A stretch of DNA of 62,334 nt, filler included, from Platydemus manokwari (taxonomy: Eukaryota), in the NCBI GenBank assembly GCA_037951405.1. It is 6 parts of 6 records of this genome, joined end to end, with 100 filler letters (N's around TTAATTAATTAA, not from the genome) between each part and the next. Parts side by side here need not be neighbours in the genome. Positions count along the whole stretch, not along the records: positions 52,610 to 62,334 come from JBBMOY011212989.1; 5 more parts are not named here. One strand, given 5' to 3'. A program made the translations under genes and the position numbers. This document shows, piece by piece, positions 56,178 through 62,334 of the stretch. How positions within the stretch are numbered: position 1 is the stretch's first letter; each line of letters begins with the position of its first letter. The notes under the pieces are model-generated. The model had not been told where the DNA came from, made no database searches, and saw only the letters and a list, made by a program, of their open reading frames with translations.

Positions 56178-56378
56178 TTATTGGTGTACCGGGTCTTTCG
56201 GGTTTCTGTCTGGGGGCGTTTTTGGTTTCTTGAACACAGGGTGGTTACTCGGTGGTGGTTGTGGCAGTTGTGATTTCTGGGGTAGCTCTTTCCTCCATTC
56301 ATTGTATGATTTGATGGAGTATAGGATCTTTTCGTCTTCGTTCTCCTCACTGTCTGAGTAGAGCACCAGACGTTCCAT
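56178..56378 (-). CDS. Small ORF, 66 aa, acidic N-terminus and Pro/Lys-rich C-terminus, function unknown
   Basis: ATG-started uninterrupted ORF in locally GC-richer sequence (MERLVLYSDSEENEDE...PQPPPSNHPVFKKPKTPP). No family recognised. Confidence 0.3.
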   Translation of the reverse strand: MERLVLYSDSEENEDEKILYSIKSYNEWRKELPQKSQLPQPPPSNHPVFKKPKTPPDRNPKDPVHQ

Positions 56379-59300
56379 ATTGTCTTCCCAACAATCCTTA
56401 TTTAAATTAAAAGATCAACATTATGACAACTAAAATCTAATCGACAACAGCATATCGATAACGAAAACTATTGTTAGAACAAAATCGTCACATAAAATCA
56501 AATTACATCTTATTTCCCAGAAAATTCAGAGAATTAAGTTGCCTGACAAGCTATAATGAATTTAGGTATAAATGAAGAGACATCGAATGGAGTTCGTCAG
56601 TTATTAACTGAAACCACTAGTTATACAGTCATTATTTCGAGCACGTAATTATTGTATTTGGCAAGATAAGGATTAGACTAATCTCTCTTGAATAGAATTA
56701 TTAAAAGCTCAGTGAAGAACTGGAGCAATTGTCAAAGTAGAAACTCAACCCGATTGTGCATTCAGTTGAAGAGTAACCTTATACATTCTCAATCATTGGT
56801 TAATTTTTTGGACCTAATAAAACGACAGCAATTCAAGAAACGCAAACTTACTTCGAGGATGTCTATTTAAAATCTTGTGTTACATTTTGATATTGCTATA
56901 CAACTTGTATAACTCGTGTATTACATTCTTCGGCGATTTATATTTTCTCTGCTTTCGAGTTTCATTGAAATCTGTCACTGAAGAAGTTTCATTTCATTTA
57001 GAATAATATGTCATTCATTCATCAAAACAATAAAAATTAAATGTTATAATATTGAGTATTCCGTTTGCACCTGTACTCATTATAATCGATAAAACATAAA
57101 GTTGACAATTATAATATTATTCAGGAGAAAAATTTCAAAATTTACGAATTGATAATGAACTGTTTATCCCGTACCAATAATCTTCACATATTGTGTAGCG
57201 TCGAGACGAGACATTAATAATAAAAATAGAGTTATTTGTGCACCGACAGTGAGGTACTCAGAAGGATGATCAAAGGCACAAACAGTTGGTTTAAAAAATA
57301 CGAAGAAGCAACCCCAATTCAGCATAATATGAAAAAATTATAGGATAAAATAATTGTTATAGGTCAATTGAAGTGTTGCAAAGAGAGTATTGGTTGTTTT
57401 TGTAAAAGAACACTTGGAATAAATTTATATATCTAATCAAAAAGACAAGAATTAGAGAACGCAGGCATTTTTAAAAAAGAAGCTTTAAAACAAGAAGGAA
57501 TGATACTTTTAGTTATTGTGAATACTGTTTGGGTTCGTCACATAGAATTCTTTCAATAATAAACTGTGTTGTAAATATAAGGCAAAACTATTATGACATC
57601 CTTTGTAAAGATGCATTATTACTGTTAATATATGTGATATCCAATAAGATGATTCAAGGCAAATACCCTCATAAAATTAAACTATTATAATAATTATTAT
57701 AATAAGAAAATCATTAACATGAAAATTACATAAAAATAAAAAACACAATGGAAAGAACTATTATAGATATGCCGAATAATTAGCCTCTTCTATCCTCAGG
57801 GATTAAGAGGTTTTGTAGAAGATATTATAAATGGTGTAGATTTGCAAAATTATCATGATCAACGTTAAAATTAAGCTGTTTTAAAAAGTTTTGACGACAA
57901 AATAATCCCAATGCTGTAACACGTACAATCTCAATCTGTACACGATTCTCTCCAGTAATCGAATGAATATAATCCAATGAAATGTTATTTGTAAAAGCTA
58001 GCAAGTTGAATGAAATCTGGTTTATATAGTGGTTAAGAAATCAATTTTTGTAAACTCGCTTGACAGGAATATTTGTAAACTTGTACCATTTTGATTGTTT
58101 CTCCGCTTTGTATCAGCTATTTCGATCTCCTAGTCAGGAGTATGACGCTCTTTGACATGTCGCTTTGTGTGTAGACATATCAGGCTACAACTATTTTATC
58201 AGCTGGCTTTTTCTAAGATCTTTTCTAATAGATTTCATGAATAAAAGTGATTTTGATTTTGTATAATATTGATATATTTTTCATAAAATAACACAAAATA
58301 AAGTAAATAAAAATATTTCCATGCATCGTTTCATAATTATTTTTATGAATTCTGAAAGTTCGTTAAATCATATTATTGGCTTGATCGATTTGGTAATTTT
58401 GAGTATAAATATTTATCTATGACACATTATCGATTGTATTAATGATTAAATTAAGTAAATAAAAATAACAAAAATATGATTCCCTGGTTTTTATGGTCGT
58501 CGGTGTACTTTGTAAATTTTTTTATTTTTTTTGAAATGACATTCACGCACCTTCTTTGAAAAAATGCATATAAGGTTAATTGATGTGGATAGAAATAATG
58601 CTGCTAAACCATCTTTGTAAGATCTAAGGTTGAAATAAAAATCAATATTGTAATACACAAGTTCATTTTATTTCTTCCAATTTCGAAGAAAGCTTTTGAA
58701 TTCAGTCAATGAAATCAATTAATAAAAAAGATCAAGTCAGTCTTATTTTGTTTGTCAATATAAAATTAATGTGTCAGTGCTATTGCGCCACAACATATAA
58801 AAGGTTATTATTTATTATCTTTAAAGGGTTTTAATGATATTATTTTAAATATTTGTTGATAATAATTATTATAAAAATACAATATAGTATTTTATATAGT
58901 ATTTTAAAATTAATACAATATACAATATACAAAAATTAATACACATATAATGCATATCGCCATTGGGGAATAAGCAATTGTCATGAAAATTGATGAAAAA
59001 CGTCATACAAATTTGGTTTAAGTCATTTTAAAAAAATCGCATTATAATTATTTGGTCTGATTCTGGTGAATACTATAACATATAGTTGTTGATAACAATA
59101 AAAGCTCTTTTCTACAAATATGTTTCATTTAATTTATTAAAATTTTACAGAATATTTTTCATTAATAAGATTAGAATCGATAAATAATATTAATTCAGAT
59201 TGTTTTCAAGTTACAACTGAAGATCCAATAAATTTTTGGTTATGTACAATAAAAGAACTAAAACTGGCTTTAGTAATTTATTACAAGTTTCTATTTGCGA

Positions 59301-59880
59301 TTTCTTGTAATCTATAATGTCTAAGTTCCCTGAAAAAGTTTTAAAAGCAATGGAAATCGTGAATTATGATTTGGAGACCAATTTAAATAAATTGACTTTT
59401 CAAGAATCGATGATTTACTAGGATTTAAATGTCTGTCCGTTAGAAAGATAATAGATCTTTCCAAAAATACAAACTACTAACAAATTAGTAGGTCGTGTGT
59501 ATCTAATAAAGATAATAGTAAAACTCAATAAGATAAAATAATGTATTCAATATAAAGAATATTAACAATTTTGCAATCAAAACTTGTTTATTAATAAACA
59601 TATTTTATTTAAGTGATTCTTATTTATACACTATGATAATAACTCTTATAAGTAAACAGAAAAATAACATAAATTTTTAAGAAATTATAAATTGTTAATT
59701 TAATATTTTAAAATAGAGTAAGATTGCTTTTCAATTTAAGAAGTATCATTCCAAAGTATTGTTAAAATACTTTTGTTATACTACATAATTTTTTATTGTT
59801 TCTAATAATTTTAGTGATCCAACATTTGAAATACAGTTTTTATCAATTAACTTCTATTTAATTTTATAAAAAACTGTTCA

Positions 59881-61052
59881 ATGACTTATAATAGTTTAAA
59901 GTTTAGTAAAAATGAAAATTATAATAACTTTAATGGAATACTTAATCAAAATCCAATAATTATCACAAAAACAGACGCTTTTAATTTTAATTATACAGAT
60001 ACAGATAAATTGAGATTGGCACAACTACTTGTTAAAAGAGATTTAAAAAATATTAAAGAACAAGTTAATAAGATACCAGAAACTAGCATAGCAGAACCAG
60101 TTAATGATAAAAAGATTTGTATGTAAACCATTTTTAACTAAAATTGAAATTTATTTATATATCTTAGGCGTGAAATCAAAGAAAATTTCAAAGACAAATA
60201 TACCAAGAGAAAGAGTATCATCTATCAAAAGAGTTCCAGGTCCACAAACACCTAATAAAGTAGTTATAAAGAAAAACATGCCAATTAGAAGCATTTCACC
60301 ACCAACCAGAGATAATGATCGAATATGGCAACCAATGAAAATCAACGAAGTTTCAACCAAAGTAATGTATTGACAAAATGAAATAACTTTTATAACAAAA
60401 TATTTAGAAGGAAAATGAAATGGACAAATTAAGAACTAAAGTCGATCTTTGTGCCAGCAAACTGGATGGGTTGGAGAGACATCTTTTGGCAAGATCTGCA
60501 AATGTTAATCCGCAACCAATCCTTTCCCAGCTGATGATGCCGGAAAAGCCACCGAAATCAAAAGAAGAATTGAAAATCCTATCCGACAAATTACAGCAAT
60601 TAATGAATACAAATATCCGTCCTGAAATTCATGGGCAACATCAGCCTCCATTGGCTACTCAGTCGCCCATCAATGACAATTTCGATATGATTCTATCAAA
60701 ATTGAATCATTTATTATCTGGCATGAATAAGATCCAATCTCGATGGAATCAAATAGATTATGAAAACATTTCGTTGTGTAGCAATGACGAATTGACTGAT
60801 GACGAGATGGCGAACAGCGAGTTACGATTTACGAAAATAAAATTGCCCACATGGCAAGACACGATTGATGTGGACAAAATCGATGATGGGAAAATTGAAT
60901 TAGATTTGGCTAAACAAACGATTTATCAATTGGATCAAACTCGATTACCATATCGAGAATCGTACGAGTTCTTTGGAATGCCTTTGAAAATCTTGCACGT
61001 TGATTGGTTGTCGACAGATCTGGTAAATTATCAATTTATTTTATTCATTTGA
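59881..61052 (+). CDS. KIAA0753: Moonraker/KIAA0753-like centriolar protein (exons 59881-60118, 60168-60361, 60408-~61050; 3' end uncertain)
   Basis: NSLKFSKN...NPIIITK...FNYTDTDKLRLAQLLVKRDLK resembles the Moonraker N-terminal NQLQFNRN...ERLxxAVxLAxRDVK; SPPTRD motif; introns of 49 and 46 bp join three ORF-track ORFs in frame. The gene is well supported; the family call is from recalled motifs. Confidence 0.6.
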
Positions 61053-61378
61053 ATGACGATATTTGATTGGTTGAAGCACATTTCAAGTTGTGAGAGATGA
61101 ATTGAGATGATATTACGATAAGGATTGATATTGGGTGTAATGGCATTATTATATAAATCGATAAATATTCATATCTGCATAATTTTATTTAATAATTAAT
61201 ATAATAAGTTTTTCTTTTTATACAAATGGTAAGCGCTTCTTACAAAATCTATAATGTTTGGCTTTCATGAATTGAAAATTCTTGTCTAGAATTATTCGTG
61301 GAATCTTAGAATTAACCAAATTTTATATTATTAATAATAAATATAATATTATATAATGTGAATTTAAGGTTTATCGTA

Positions 61379-61529
61379 NNNNNNNNNNNNNNNNNNNNNN
61401 NNNNNNNNNNNNNNNNNNNNNNNNNNNNNNNNNNNNNNNNNNNNNNNNNNNNNNNNNNNNNNNNNNNNNNNNNNNNNNNNNNNNNNNNNNNNNNNNNNNN
61501 NNNNNNNNNNNNNNNNNNNNNNNNNNNNN
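61379..61529. other. Assembly gap (N run)
   Basis: Direct observation. Confidence 0.99.
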
Positions 61530-62257
61530 TATTAAAGTAAAAATGCAAACAAAATTATGAGCAGAAAAATATGTAATATTTATAATAACAGTATATAATT
61601 TATGTAGTAATAATTATTGATATTTATTACCGACTGTGTGACTAATACATTAACTGATTTCGAATAATATTATTGGTAACCTAAATAACAAATACACCCA
61701 ATCTCCTCACATATTAAATTTTTAATCACCGCCATAATACAAATATCAATTAATGACACTTTCTATCTGATTTCTACTGATAGTCGGCTACATTGAGGGT
61801 GGAATTTATAGCTAAAAATTTGTTTGTGTATTTCTTGTGTTAAACTTTGAATCGTTGCTTTGACTCCATATGAAATTATTGATTCATAGTGACTGATATT
61901 GATCAATACTTATGTACGCATCATTATGTAGGCATTTATTTGGTCAAATTGAAACCTTTGTTACTTCTGACTGGACTTTTATAGTGTCTGTATGAATGTG
62001 TAGCTATATATGCATGCAAAAATATTTTAAAAAGGGGTCCTAAGGTGCCAAGATCGATCGGCAATCAACATAATTATGAACATTGATATATTGATTAAAT
62101 TATGGAATTTGGAATATTTCTGACTGAATTTGCAGTGATCGACAATGTTTAAGTGTATAAATGTATCATTTTTATGGGTGTATAGAAGTATTATATGCTG
62201 ATTATATATAAGCTAATGATTAGTAAGTCCCGAGACCAAAAAATTAATTGAAAATAA

Positions 62258-62308
<51 letters not shown>
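62258..62308. repeat. (AAT)n microsatellite
   Basis: Direct observation. Confidence 0.95.
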
Positions 62309-62309
<1 letters not shown>

Positions 62310-62334
62310 GCTATTATTTGCAGAAACCTATATA

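Noticed and set aside
57770-57860. IISLFYPQGLRGFVEDIING resembling an integrase H2C2 segment
   Set aside because: Cys/His ligands are absent and there is no adjacent integrase core.

Overview
AT-rich eukaryotic (animal-like) genomic DNA assembled from several contigs. Five joins are artificial 100-bp spacers (44 N + TTAATTAATTAA + 44 N), so adjacency across them is not evidence of true linkage; there is also one plain N gap. Host genes have mostly short GT-AG introns (43-62 bp). I reconstructed five by hand: SUB1/PC4 (-), ITPA (+), the 3' part of a SCAMP gene (-), SFT2D (-) and a compact Moonraker/KIAA0753-like gene (+). The rest is dominated by decayed transposons: mariner and maT/Tc1-type fragments, a hAT-type MITE, two copies of a restriction-like-endonuclease non-LTR retrotransposon (one with an Ulp1-like protease motif, NeSL/Utopia-like), and small dispersed repeats. 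The standout is an ~8 kb decayed Ty3/Gypsy retroelement (126-8106, minus strand) with an unusual architecture: Gag (three CCHC knuckles) - unknown ~320-aa domain (possibly SGNH-like) - chuvirus-type/class III glycoprotein with an internal signal peptide, membrane segments and a PTAP tail - protease - RT - RNase H - integrase - second signal-peptide ORF. The envelope therefore sits BETWEEN gag and pol and appears to have been part of one polyprotein. All family assignments come from motif recognition in manual translations, not database searches.
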